Shown here piece after piece: positions 48,213 to 57,894 of a DNA stretch of 64,000 bases; within the stretch, counting starts at the first letter, position 1; every line of letters begins with the position of its first letter. The notes under the pieces were generated by a model. That model did no database searches and was not told where the DNA came from. It was given only the letters and a program-made list of their open reading frames with translations. This DNA is from Betaproteobacteria bacterium (GTDB lineage Bacteria; Pseudomonadota; Gammaproteobacteria; Burkholderiales; Burkholderiaceae_C), in contig JADJWD010000005.1 in NCBI GenBank assembly GCA_016716535.1, forward strand, positions 545,385 to 609,384, read 5' to 3'. Position numbers and translations under genes: made by a program.

Positions 48213-49601
48213 ATGGCGAATAACAAGTTCGGTGAATGCCAGGCCGCGGCGATCCGGGGGGATGGCGAGACTGGACTGGCGGTGCCAACGGAGCGCCGGT
48301 TGGTTGCTTTGGCGGGTACCGACAGCGGTCGCTGCGTTGTGGTGGTGACCGACAATCGATTCTGGCGCGCGCAGATCGGCTCTCAGGTCCGGATCAAGGC
48401 ATTGCTGGAACACCTGCACACGGCCGGCTGGGCGGTGCGCGTCGCGTTCCAAGGCCGTCCTTACCTCGACGATGCTGCGAAGGCGGCGGCGATGCTGGGC
48501 ATCGATGTGCGCTTCCTCCTTCCCCCCAAAGAGGTTGCGCCGGCGCATGACGCGTCCACGCCGCCTGGCTGGAGGACGCGAGTGCGTGCGCAGGCTGGCC
48601 GGGGCCTGCGTTGGCTACGTGCGCTGTGCACCCAGTACCACCGTGCGCGCGGCGCGTCCTCCCTGTGGGCCGAGGTGGGACTGCGCTCCAGAGAGCAGCG
48701 TGTTGGCGACGGTGCGGACCCTGCCCTGCTCGAACTGGTGCGCCGATGCGCGCCGGGCGTTGCGCGGACGGTGGTTCTGGTGGAGTACCTGCGGCTGGCC
48801 TGGGTGGCTACTGCGCTGCGGCCCCTCCTGCCCGGGGTCACCTGGGTGCTTGACACACACGACGTGATGCACGAGCGGCAGGCCCGCTTCCACGCGGTAG
48901 ACGAAGCGCACGAACTCGATGTCTCCGCAGCGGAAGAGGCGCGCTGGCTGTCCGGCTTCGACGCGGTCCTTGCCATCCAAGCGCGTGATGCACGCACCTT
49001 CGCGGACATCGGCGTACGCGCGCAGGTCCTGACGGTGCCGCACCCGGTGCGCGCCCAGCGCATGCCGTCCCGCGACTCGTCCGTAGTCGGCGTGGGCTTC
49101 CTGGGATCGGACATGGCTCCGAACCGGATCGCTCTGCGAGAACTCGTGTACGAGGTCTGGCCGCTGGTGCAGCGGCAGGCCCGTGTGCCGGTGCGCCTCG
49201 TACTCGCCGGCGCGGTGTGCGCAGCTTGGCGGGAGCGCGGCGATCTACCGCCGTCGGTGCAGGTGCTGGGTTTCGTTGACGATACGGCCGAGTTCTACGA
49301 ACAAGTCGACATCGTGGCCAGCCCGATGCGTGTCGGCGGCGGCCTGAAGATTAAGAATGTCGAGGCGCTGTGCCGGGGCAAGGCCCTGGTCACCACCGCG
49401 GTCGGCGCCGAAGGCATGGAGCCCGGGCTGCCGCACGCGCTCGCAGTGGTGCAGGCGAGCGCCGAGATGGCGCACTTGCTGCTGGCGTGGATCCACGACC
49501 CGGCGCTGCGCGCCCGGCGCATGGACGCCGGCTACCGGTTCGCGCTTGAACAGTTCGACCCCGAGACCGCATTCCGGGCGCTAGACCGCTTTCTCGGTTG
49601 A
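48213..49601 (+). CDS. Glycosyltransferase (GT-B fold, family 1/4-like)
   Basis: 462 aa. The C-terminal half has a GT1-like layout (GFLGSDMAPN...GGGLKIKNVEALCRGKALVTT). The assignment is weaker than for the other glycosyltransferases. Confidence 0.55.
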   Translation: MANNKFGECQAAAIRGDGETGLAVPTERRLVALAGTDSGRCVVVVTDNRFWRAQIGSQVRIKALLEHLHTAGWAVRVAFQGRPYLDDAAKAAAMLGIDVRFLLPPKEVAPAHDASTPPGWRTRVRAQAGRGLRWLRALCTQYHRARGASSLWAEVGLRSREQRVGDGADPALLELVRRCAPGVARTVVLVEYLRLAWVATALRPLLPGVTWVLDTHDVMHERQARFHAVDEAHELDVSAAEEARWLSGFDAVLAIQARDARTFADIGVRAQVLTVPHPVRAQRMPSRDSSVVGVGFLGSDMAPNRIALRELVYEVWPLVQRQARVPVRLVLAGAVCAAWRERGDLPPSVQVLGFVDDTAEFYEQVDIVASPMRVGGGLKIKNVEALCRGKALVTTAVGAEGMEPGLPHALAVVQASAEMAHLLLAWIHDPALRARRMDAGYRFALEQFDPETAFRALDRFLG

Positions 49602-49682
49602 GTACCGGGCGCGCTCGTCGTGACCGGCATCGCCGCACGCAGGCAACGCTGTCCTAGTCTTGAGTTGGCCAAAATTCTTGAG

Positions 49683-50579
49683 TCAGCAAGAAACGATCAC
49701 TACATCGCGCTTCACGTAGGGGCCGATCTGGGCGAAGAAGGGTTGCTCCACGTCGAGCACGACGTCGGCCTGCGCACTTGGATAGAAATGGCATTTCCTG
49801 AGCGATCGAACGAAGCGGACGCATTCCATCGGGTCATAGCCAGTCCGTTTCATCACCTCTTTGTGCGCTTCGAAAAGGATCACGAAGAACGGCGCTCGCG
49901 TTAGCGTCTGCGCAGCGCCCTTGAGGATCGGAAGCTCGCATCCCTCGACGTCGATCTTCATCACTACGCCTTCGTTCTCCGGTAAGTTCAGCATGTCTAC
50001 TGTCGCGACATCAACGCCACCGGTAGGTTCCTCGATGATGAACGCGCCGTCGGAGTCCTCGACGTCCAGAACGAGTCGTGCTCGGCCGGGACGCTCCGCC
50101 AAGGCAGCGCGGTGCGCTTGCGCCGGAATCGGAAGCTCGCTGCAGTTCTGTTGCAGCAGTGGAAACAGGTGTTGATTCGGTTCAAACGCCAATATGCGCT
50201 TCACAGCGCTGCTGCGTTGAGCTACGTAATGGGAGACAAGACCAACGTGGGCGCCGCAGTCAAGCAGCACTGCGTCGCCAGTGGCGACGCGGTTGATAGC
50301 CTCGGTGAACGCGCGTAATGTATTGGGTTCGTATTCACGGAGGTGACGGTGCTTCCAGAACCACGGCCAGTTCAGCGGCACCAATAGATTCGTGGCGTCG
50401 AAGAATGGTGCCCGGCAGCTGCGGTCTAGGAGTTTTAATCGCTGAAGTGCCAACATCGCGCGCCATGCGCCAGGGGTATCCCTAAGCAGCATCGACTTGG
50501 CCAAGTTGAAGTACCACGGGGGTGCCGGGAAGTTCGTCATACTCTGCGAAATGCCAATCTTGTGTGAGCGTGAGCGCAT
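49683..50579 (-). CDS. FkbM-family methyltransferase
   Basis: LLDCGAHVGLVS SAM motif and MKIDVEGCELPILKGA. The start could be 50540. Confidence 0.75.
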   Translation of the reverse strand: MRSRSHKIGISQSMTNFPAPPWYFNLAKSMLLRDTPGAWRAMLALQRLKLLDRSCRAPFFDATNLLVPLNWPWFWKHRHLREYEPNTLRAFTEAINRVATGDAVLLDCGAHVGLVSHYVAQRSSAVKRILAFEPNQHLFPLLQQNCSELPIPAQAHRAALAERPGRARLVLDVEDSDGAFIIEEPTGGVDVATVDMLNLPENEGVVMKIDVEGCELPILKGAAQTLTRAPFFVILFEAHKEVMKRTGYDPMECVRFVRSLRKCHFYPSAQADVVLDVEQPFFAQIGPYVKRDVVIVSC

Positions 50580-51559
50580 CAGATGACCTTGGCGCGCATC
50601 AAGTCGTTGGCGTTAAGGGCGCCTACGAGCAGATCTTCGTCGTCCGCGACGAGGACGCTAGTGATGCGGTGGTCTTCCATGACAGCGGCTGCTTCCGCCG
50701 CCAAGGCATCGGCCCGTACGTGGCGGGGGTTGGCATGCATGACGTCCCGGGCCATACGACCTCGAAGATCGTCTCCCGATTCAATCAGCCGGCGAAGATC
50801 GCCGTCGGTGAAAATGCCCACTGCCTGCCTGCTCTCTACAACCGCCACAAAACCGAGACCTTTGCGCGTCATCTCGCGCAACATGACGGTAAACGAGCAG
50901 TCTGGTTCGACGCTTGGAACGGCATCGCCGGTCCTCATCAGGTCGCGCACGTGAACCAGCAGCCGCCGCCCGAGGGTGCCGCCCGGGTGCGATCGCGCGA
51001 AGTCCTCGGCCTGAAACCCACGGGCATCCAGAAGGGCCACGGCTAGCGCGTCACCCAGCGCCATCTGCGTAGTGGTACTGGCAGTAGGCGCCAGGTTCAA
51101 CGGGCAGGCCTCGGCCGGCACGGCAGAGTTGAGGACCGCATCGGCCATGCGCCCCAACGAAGACGAGCGGCGGCCGGTGATGGCAATGGTGGGCACCCCC
51201 AAGCGCTTGATGACCGGCAGGATGGTGTTCAGCTCGTCGCTCTCGCCCGAGTTCGACAAAGCGAGGAACACATCGGCCGGTGTGATCATGCCCAGGTCGC
51301 CATGGCTGGCTTCAGCCGGATGCATGAACAGCGCCGGCGTCCCGGTGGAAGCCAGTGTGGCGGCGATCTTTCGGCCCACGTGCCCACTCTTGCCCATCCC
51401 TGCCACGACTACTCGTCCCGGCCGCGAAAGGATGATCTGCACTGCTTTGACGAAGTCGTCGTCGATGTGCCCACGCGCCGTCTGGAGCGCCGACACTTCG
51501 ATGTCGAGCGTGCGTTCGGCCAGTTCGCGAACGCGTTGCGGAAGGGCGATAAGCGGCAT
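50579..51559 (-). CDS. kpsF: Arabinose-5-phosphate isomerase (KpsF/GutQ family; SIS plus tandem CBS domains)
   Basis: VVVAGMGKSGHVGRKIAATLASTGTPALFMHPAEASHGDLGMI, followed by a CBS pair. Confidence 0.9.
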   Translation of the reverse strand: MPLIALPQRVRELAERTLDIEVSALQTARGHIDDDFVKAVQIILSRPGRVVVAGMGKSGHVGRKIAATLASTGTPALFMHPAEASHGDLGMITPADVFLALSNSGESDELNTILPVIKRLGVPTIAITGRRSSSLGRMADAVLNSAVPAEACPLNLAPTASTTTQMALGDALAVALLDARGFQAEDFARSHPGGTLGRRLLVHVRDLMRTGDAVPSVEPDCSFTVMLREMTRKGLGFVAVVESRQAVGIFTDGDLRRLIESGDDLRGRMARDVMHANPRHVRADALAAEAAAVMEDHRITSVLVADDEDLLVGALNANDLMRAKVI

Positions 51560-51657
51560 CGTGACTCGTGGACGCGGCGTGGCAGACTGTCTGGAAGCCG
51601 ATCGCGGAGCTTATCGAAGCTCGCCCACCCCAGCCATCGCCGAAGGGCTGAACTACT

Positions 51658-53124
51658 TCACGAAGGCGGGCGCCCCGGCTCGCGCACGCGGGCTGCAAGC
51701 GAGAGAAGCAGCTGCATCACCTCGTGCCAGATGGGATGCTTCAAGTTGCGGGCGGCCAGGGCCCAGGTAATCGTGGTAACCACGCCACCCGCCACGAAGT
51801 GCCACGCGAAGTTGCTTTCGTTTGCTGGCCACGCCAGCATCAGCGCGCCGTATGGAATAGTAGTGAGCAGTGCAAGCAAGAGGCTGGCACGGCACGCGGA
51901 CCACACGTCCCGGGCTCGGTACCCCGCGTGCGCCTTGAGGAATCGATGGGATGCGAACAGGCCCGCGACGGCCGCCGCCAGCAAGCCAAAGGCCGCACCC
52001 ATCAGGCCATGCGTGAAGGCCGCGCTCAAGCCCAGCAAGCGGATCGCCAAGTGCGTGAGTTGCAGTCGATTGGCCACGCCGGCCAAGCCAAGCGAGAACA
52101 GCGCCTGGTTCGCGTACCGATAGACCGTCTCAATGGCGATTACCGCGCATAGCACCTGCGCTACTTGTACTGCCGCAATCCACTGGGGACCGTACATCAG
52201 GCGAATTGCCGGATAGGCTGCCAACCCCAGAAAGAACACGAAGGGCCAGCCCACGCCTGTCATCAGACGGGTGGTCTGAACGAGGCTGGGCACCACGGTC
52301 CCCTCGCTTCGGACACCTCGCGCGAGGTAGGGCAGACAAACCTGCGAGACCACTTGACCGATGGCACGTTCGAACAGGTCGCCAACCCCTGCAGCTCGGC
52401 TGTAAAAGCCCACTTCGGTCATGCCAGCGGTTCGTCCGAGCACCAGTTCCGGTGCCCCACGGCTCAGGTGGCCCGCCACGAAGACGGCGCTGGCGAACTT
52501 CCCGAACTTCAGCACCTCGCGGGTGCCCTTGAGACCGGGACGACGTGGAAACCACTTGGGCCGGTGCCACGTGGCCACCGCCACCGTGACTACCACGCCG
52601 ACCAGTGAAGACCACGCCAGGGCCATGTAGCTGAAGCCCGCCAGCGCCAGCCCAACAGACGAGAGGAACTGGGCGAGATTCGCCGCCAAGGCTGCCCGGA
52701 AGATCGGCGTGAAGTCCATCTCACGCCGGAACCACGCCAATGTGACGGCCCCGAACGGAATGAAGATGAAATTCAACGCCTGCACCTGCATCACCGCCGC
52801 GACTCCAGGCTCCCGATAGAAAGACGCGGCCAGCGGTGACAACGCCAGCAGCACCACCCCAACCAGCCATGAGGCGCCCAGATTCACCGCGAAGGACGCC
52901 TTCAGATCTGCCTCAGTGACTTCCTTCTTCTGAATCAGGTATTCGGCAACACCGAAGTCTCGAAAGGTGCTGGCGATCGCGGCAAAGATCGTGGCGACCG
53001 CGAACACGCCGGCCTCAGCCGGCGAGAGGATGCGCGCGATGATGATCGTGCCAGCGATCTGCAACACGAGACCCGCATAGCTGTTGGCCGAGGACAGCAG
53101 CAGCGAAGATCGGACGGCGCTCAA
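51658..53124 (-). CDS. Wzx-like oligosaccharide flippase (MOP/PST family polysaccharide biosynthesis protein)
   Basis: 488 aa with about 12-14 TM helices, and a Polysacc_synt-type N-terminus (SYAGLVLQIAGTIIIARILSPAEAGVFAV). TTG start. Confidence 0.75.
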   Translation of the reverse strand: MSAVRSSLLLSSANSYAGLVLQIAGTIIIARILSPAEAGVFAVATIFAAIASTFRDFGVAEYLIQKKEVTEADLKASFAVNLGASWLVGVVLLALSPLAASFYREPGVAAVMQVQALNFIFIPFGAVTLAWFRREMDFTPIFRAALAANLAQFLSSVGLALAGFSYMALAWSSLVGVVVTVAVATWHRPKWFPRRPGLKGTREVLKFGKFASAVFVAGHLSRGAPELVLGRTAGMTEVGFYSRAAGVGDLFERAIGQVVSQVCLPYLARGVRSEGTVVPSLVQTTRLMTGVGWPFVFFLGLAAYPAIRLMYGPQWIAAVQVAQVLCAVIAIETVYRYANQALFSLGLAGVANRLQLTHLAIRLLGLSAAFTHGLMGAAFGLLAAAVAGLFASHRFLKAHAGYRARDVWSACRASLLLALLTTIPYGALMLAWPANESNFAWHFVAGGVVTTITWALAARNLKHPIWHEVMQLLLSLAARVREPGRPPS

Positions 53125-53172
53125 CCTTGCTCCCGCACTCGGCTCACGCCGGCCCGCTCCGCACGCGGCACG

Positions 53173-54459
53173 CTAGGTCGCAAGGAGGGACCCCTGCGCG
53201 ACGTGCCGACTCAGCAGGTCGAGCATGGTGGCAACCCGACCTTGGTCGCCTGTCAGCAAGGCCTCGACCCGAAGCCTTTGTTCGGCCTCACGCTTCTTCA
53301 GATCGTCCATGGTCGCGAGCCAGACACCCCCCAGCTCAGCGATGCCGTCCACCTGCACTATCAAACCTGCTTCCAGGGTCTGCCTGTAAACGGGATAGCT
53401 TGGGTAGACCGGCAACCAATTGCCCGAGACGAAAACAAGGCGACCGAAGGCAAGTGGCTCGAGTACGTTGTGGTCGGTGCCCACGTAGGCAAACGTGGCA
53501 GCTGCGTAGCAGCCACCCAGTTCACCCATCGTGTCGAGGATGAGCACCGGCTTCGCGGCGGCCTGTCCAGGTTCGATGTGGCTGCGGTAGGCATGATCGA
53601 GCCCGCTCGCGCGAAGCAACTCAGCGAGCGCTTCCATTCGAGGGCGGTTCTCGGGATGACGCGGCGCAAGCACCAGGCGCGCGCCCGGATAGCGAGCAAA
53701 GACGCCGGCGAAAGCCTGAAGCATCTGCCGTTGATCCTCGGTCTCCGTCACGCTTCCGGCCACGATCATCGGGCCGTCTCGGTACGCGGACAACGCGTCG
53801 TAAAGGGCACCAATGGGGTGGCGCCGAGCTGCGGTCCGCAGAGCGTCGTACTTGAGATTGCCGGTGGCGATGACTTTCTCGGGCGACGCGCCCAGCGCTA
53901 GCAAGGCTTCGCGGACCGACTCGGTCTGCACCAGCATGAGGTCGAACGCGCGGACATAGTCAGCGCTAAACCACGCCCGCTCTATTGCGTCCATCCGGCA
54001 CCCAGGCCCGTCGCCATAGAGCCACCCATTGACGAGAACGATAGGCGCGCCGTACTCCTTGGCGGCCAACAGGGTGGCGAAAGAGAAACGACAGGGTGCA
54101 TCGTGTGGAATGCAGGGAATCTCGGCAACCACCAACAGAGCCGGCGGGAATCGCTTGAATAGTCTCCTCGCTTCCACCGCGGCGCCATCGAAGCTTACAA
54201 CCACGGCAGTGCTGAACTTGCGGAGGTAGGCATCGGCGTAGTGGGCGTGGTTGGTCAGAAGAACCAACTGCGGCTGACCCATGCGTTGGAGCAGCTCGCT
54301 CAACCATGCCTCGATGGCGTTGAGCTCACCGATCGTGGTGACGTACACCCAGAGGCACGGGCCCCCGCTCGACGCACCTACGACCTTGGGGGTGGCGGGC
54401 GGCCTGCGCAGGTGGCTCAGCCACTCCAGCAAACGGAACAGGTGAAGCCTGAAGCCCAT
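53173..54459 (-). CDS. Kdo-transferase-like glycosyltransferase (KdtA/WaaA N-terminal domain family)
   Basis: LWVYVTTIGELNAIEAWL matches the KdtA HxxSxGE region in position. C-terminal GT-B half. Start chosen at MGFRLHLFRLL (54459); the ORF is open to 54537. Confidence 0.55.
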   Translation of the reverse strand: MGFRLHLFRLLEWLSHLRRPPATPKVVGASSGGPCLWVYVTTIGELNAIEAWLSELLQRMGQPQLVLLTNHAHYADAYLRKFSTAVVVSFDGAAVEARRLFKRFPPALLVVAEIPCIPHDAPCRFSFATLLAAKEYGAPIVLVNGWLYGDGPGCRMDAIERAWFSADYVRAFDLMLVQTESVREALLALGASPEKVIATGNLKYDALRTAARRHPIGALYDALSAYRDGPMIVAGSVTETEDQRQMLQAFAGVFARYPGARLVLAPRHPENRPRMEALAELLRASGLDHAYRSHIEPGQAAAKPVLILDTMGELGGCYAAATFAYVGTDHNVLEPLAFGRLVFVSGNWLPVYPSYPVYRQTLEAGLIVQVDGIAELGGVWLATMDDLKKREAEQRLRVEALLTGDQGRVATMLDLLSRHVAQGSLLAT

Positions 54460-54523
54460 GATGAACCGGGCCGCCTGCGATGGATATCGATGAGCGAACC
54501 TATCCTTCCGCGATGCGTTGCCT

Positions 54524-55153
54524 TCAGCCACCGGCACCAGCCTTGGCCTTGTTCAAACGGGACAGCAGCTCGGCGGATTTCGGCGCGTGACCCAGCCCTT
54601 GCTCCAGAAGCTCTCGAGCAGCCTTGTACTGCTTCAGCTTCATCAACTCGTCTGCCCATGCTGTGTAGGCAGGCCAGTAGTCAGGCTTCAATCGTCGCGC
54701 GTTCTCGAACGCTGCCTGAGCATCCGCGAGTCTGCCCAACTGAAGAAGAGACTCACCCATTCGAGTGAATATTTCCGGAATCAGTGGCATGCCAGGCCTA
54801 CTGTTTCGGAGCATGTACTCGTACTCGTTGACCGAGCGCTCCCACAGGAAGCGGCGGTGCTGCGCGCTCACTGTCGCCATGCGTGCAAAGAACACATCAC
54901 GCAAACCGCGACAGTAGTGGTGGATGTGCTGGAAGTCCTCGCCCATCTGCGAGCGCCAATGGTCACCGAGAGGGCCGTCATATCCAGGCATGCCGTGCAT
55001 GTCGCTGCAATACGGCGGCAACAGGGCCAACTCGCCAGGAGTGAACGATCCGCGGCGGTTGGGGATGTCAACGCCTTGCGCGGACGCCGGCAGTAGAGGT
55101 ATTAGAAAAGCAACGGCCAGCAGCGCTAGGCGAAGAGGCAGGCAAGCGAACAT
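54524..55153 (-). CDS. Secreted TPR-repeat protein
   Basis: Signal peptide MFACLPLRLALLAVAFLIPLLPASAQG and a C-terminal TPR-like region (LQLGRLADAQAAFENARRLKPDYWPAYTAWADELMKLKQYKAARELLEQGL). Confidence 0.55.
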   Translation of the reverse strand: MFACLPLRLALLAVAFLIPLLPASAQGVDIPNRRGSFTPGELALLPPYCSDMHGMPGYDGPLGDHWRSQMGEDFQHIHHYCRGLRDVFFARMATVSAQHRRFLWERSVNEYEYMLRNSRPGMPLIPEIFTRMGESLLQLGRLADAQAAFENARRLKPDYWPAYTAWADELMKLKQYKAARELLEQGLGHAPKSAELLSRLNKAKAGAGG

Positions 55154-55374
55154 GTGAAGAGCTGGAATGACGGGCACAGCCGGGCGCGAACTAGCCATGA
55201 TTGTCTACCCGCCCTTCGGGGAAGGGCGCGAGTCTCGACACACCCGGCGCTACAGCGGCACTGCTGAAGCTTCATCTCGTGCATGAGCGTGAAGGCGTGC
55301 ACAGGTAGGCGCAGTTGGCCCCGTACGGGCTTGCGCCGAGCCGATACTCCTGCATGCGCCTGCGCGAGTGAAGC

Positions 55375-57786
55375 ATGAAGCATGAGAGCGGGCCCTCCGG
55401 CGGCCGACCCGACATGAGCACCACCAGTATCCCGAACGATCCGCCGGACCTGAATGATCCGCTCTCTGCGCGGCGGCGGTTCCTCGAGTGCCTCTTCGCA
55501 GGCGCCTATTTCGGGGCTCTGCCGGCCTGCGGCAGCTCAGGGGACTCTTCCCCGACGCCGTCTGATGCGCCATACGCACCGCCGGCGCCCGTGCCGCCTG
55601 CCCCAGGTCCGGTAACGCCCGCACCGCCTTCGCCGGTTCCGTCGTTGCCATCGACGGGCACGCCGTCTTTCCGGCTGGCCACCTCGGCAGGCGCCCGATC
55701 CGCGCCGTTCACCGTGGGAATGGCACTACGGCGCGGCGAGGTGCCCAACGGACAAAACGTGGTAGTCGAGGGGGTGGCTGGCGTCCAGGTCGACGTGCGC
55801 AATCGCTGGCCCGACGGGAGCGTCAAGTTCGCACTGGTTAGCGGCCGCGCAGATGTGAGTGTGGGCACCCCGGTGACGGCCACCCTGCGCGCCGGCACTG
55901 GTCCCGCTGCAGGCACGGCGTTGACCGAGCCCGACCTGCTGGCTACGGGCATCGATGCCACGTTGCAGTTCAACGGCGGAACCACGGCGCGCCTTCGCAG
56001 CCTGATTGGCGTGGCGGCGGCGGCGACGGCAGGCACCATCACGGCTGGCAGAGTGCGCACGCTGGCAAGCGGCCCGCAGATGAGTGCTTGGCTGTACTGC
56101 GCGCCGCTGGGGAGCAACCCGCACCTGATGGCGTGGTTCGAGGTGCGCTACTACGGCGGCAACGTAGCCCAGGTGCTGCCCTGGATCGAGAACGGCTGGA
56201 CCCGCGTGGGCGAATGCGCGGGGCAGGCCGGACGGCTGGTGTTCACACTCAACGGCACCGCGGTCTTTGACATGGCCGACGTGCACATCGCCAACCATTG
56301 CCGGGTGGTTGCGCAGGACGGCGTGGGGGTAGGCCACTGGACTGGTGGCGCGCCAGACCTCTACGCAGCACCCGATCCACAGTACCTGCAACTCACCCTG
56401 TTGGTGCCCACGTACTTTGCGGACACCGCCGGCTCGACTGCCAGGCTGGACGGACTCGCACAGCGATACAGCCCTGCGCTTTTCGGCCAACTGACTACGT
56501 CACCCCGCGACAGCGGGGGCAACGGTACGCAGAACGGCGACTTCGATGCAGCCATGAGTGCCGCTGGCTACCACTCCGGCATCGGATTGCTGCCGGAGTG
56601 GGACGCGTTCTATCTGACTTCGCGCGCAGATCAGCGCGCTTGGCGTGCGGTGGTGGCCAACGCGCTGGGATACGGCCGTTACGGTGTGCACTTCCGCGAC
56701 GAGACGACATTGAGGCCAGTGGTGCATACCGATGTGCCCAACAAGACGCTGCGCCAAGGTTCCAATCACAACATTGCGGACACGGGCGCCAACCAGTTCG
56801 GCGCGGCCGAGACTCTGCCGGCGGTTAGCGGGCTGACGGTCAACGGCACTACGCTCAAGCCTGAGTACTGGGCCCAGACCCACCACCCGTCTGCGGGCTA
56901 CACGGCCTACCTCCTGACCGGGCACGAGTACTTCCTCGAGCTCTCGCAGTTCGTTGCCGGGACCTGCTTCCTGCGCCAGAACAATCTACAGCGCGACTAT
57001 GGCAACGGCATCCAGTTCACCCATCGCGAGACGGTTCGCGGGGCCGCTTGGGCGCTGCGCTCGATTTTCCAGGCTGCTGCCATCAGTGCGGACGGCAGCC
57101 CTACGCAGGCCGCGTTTGCGGCGCTGGCGGCGAGTAACGTGCAGTCTTACCACGCCAACTACATCGTCAGCCGCTGCGGAAGCTTCGGTGTGCCGCGTCC
57201 GTACTCCAACTTCCAATTAGCGGCGACGCCGCCCCGATACAACGTCAATGCTTGGGAGTTGGACTTCTGGGTGGCCGCCTGGGGCTACGGCGCGCGCCTG
57301 GGGATCCCCTTCGCGAACGCGCGTCAGGTCGAACTGGAGGGGTTCTTTCAGTGGACGGCCCAATGGATCGTCGGCCGGCTCGGTCCGTTAGGGGATGCCA
57401 GCTCCTACGGCTACAACGCAGCCGGTCGGAACAACAGCGTGTCCATCGCCAACAGTTCCACCGATGCACCGTGGGTGAACAACCAGGGGCCATGGATGGC
57501 CAACTGGGGCGAGGCATTCCAGCTCACGCACAACGCCTCCAACGCGACCAACACCACACCCGCCCTGGGATCGTTCGGCTCCGACAACGGCTACTTCCCC
57601 GACGCCACCAGCTACTGGGGCAACCTGTTGCCGGCGATCTCCTACGCCGTCGATCTGGGCGTACCCGGAGCTGTGGCAGCCTACGCCCGGCTGACCAACG
57701 CGCCCAACTGGACACAGTTGATCAATAACTTCGCGCGCGCGCCGGTGTGGGCCACGCGCCCCCGCAATCCAGGGGGGGCCAACTGA
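55375..57786 (+). CDS. Large Tat-signal lipoprotein of unknown function (possible polysaccharide-active enzyme)
   Basis: 803 aa with twin-arginine SARRRFLE, lipobox LPACGS and a Pro-rich linker, followed by an about-650-aa domain with no motif I can name. Confidence 0.55.
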   Translation: MKHESGPSGGRPDMSTTSIPNDPPDLNDPLSARRRFLECLFAGAYFGALPACGSSGDSSPTPSDAPYAPPAPVPPAPGPVTPAPPSPVPSLPSTGTPSFRLATSAGARSAPFTVGMALRRGEVPNGQNVVVEGVAGVQVDVRNRWPDGSVKFALVSGRADVSVGTPVTATLRAGTGPAAGTALTEPDLLATGIDATLQFNGGTTARLRSLIGVAAAATAGTITAGRVRTLASGPQMSAWLYCAPLGSNPHLMAWFEVRYYGGNVAQVLPWIENGWTRVGECAGQAGRLVFTLNGTAVFDMADVHIANHCRVVAQDGVGVGHWTGGAPDLYAAPDPQYLQLTLLVPTYFADTAGSTARLDGLAQRYSPALFGQLTTSPRDSGGNGTQNGDFDAAMSAAGYHSGIGLLPEWDAFYLTSRADQRAWRAVVANALGYGRYGVHFRDETTLRPVVHTDVPNKTLRQGSNHNIADTGANQFGAAETLPAVSGLTVNGTTLKPEYWAQTHHPSAGYTAYLLTGHEYFLELSQFVAGTCFLRQNNLQRDYGNGIQFTHRETVRGAAWALRSIFQAAAISADGSPTQAAFAALAASNVQSYHANYIVSRCGSFGVPRPYSNFQLAATPPRYNVNAWELDFWVAAWGYGARLGIPFANARQVELEGFFQWTAQWIVGRLGPLGDASSYGYNAAGRNNSVSIANSSTDAPWVNNQGPWMANWGEAFQLTHNASNATNTTPALGSFGSDNGYFPDATSYWGNLLPAISYAVDLGVPGAVAAYARLTNAPNWTQLINNFARAPVWATRPRNPGGAN

Positions 57787-57894
57787 GCGACGCCTCGCTG
57801 CGGTGGCCTTGCGCCATGGTTTCGTGTTTCACTCTCTGACATCGAGCAGCTGAGCAAGCCCAGAGACGCCGTCCTGACCGAAAAAAATCAGAGC

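Noticed and set aside
47300-55300. The AT-richer block considered as a mobile genetic island.
   Set aside because: No integrase, transposase, tRNA attachment site or flanking direct repeats are visible. It is reported only as a compositionally distinct accessory segment.
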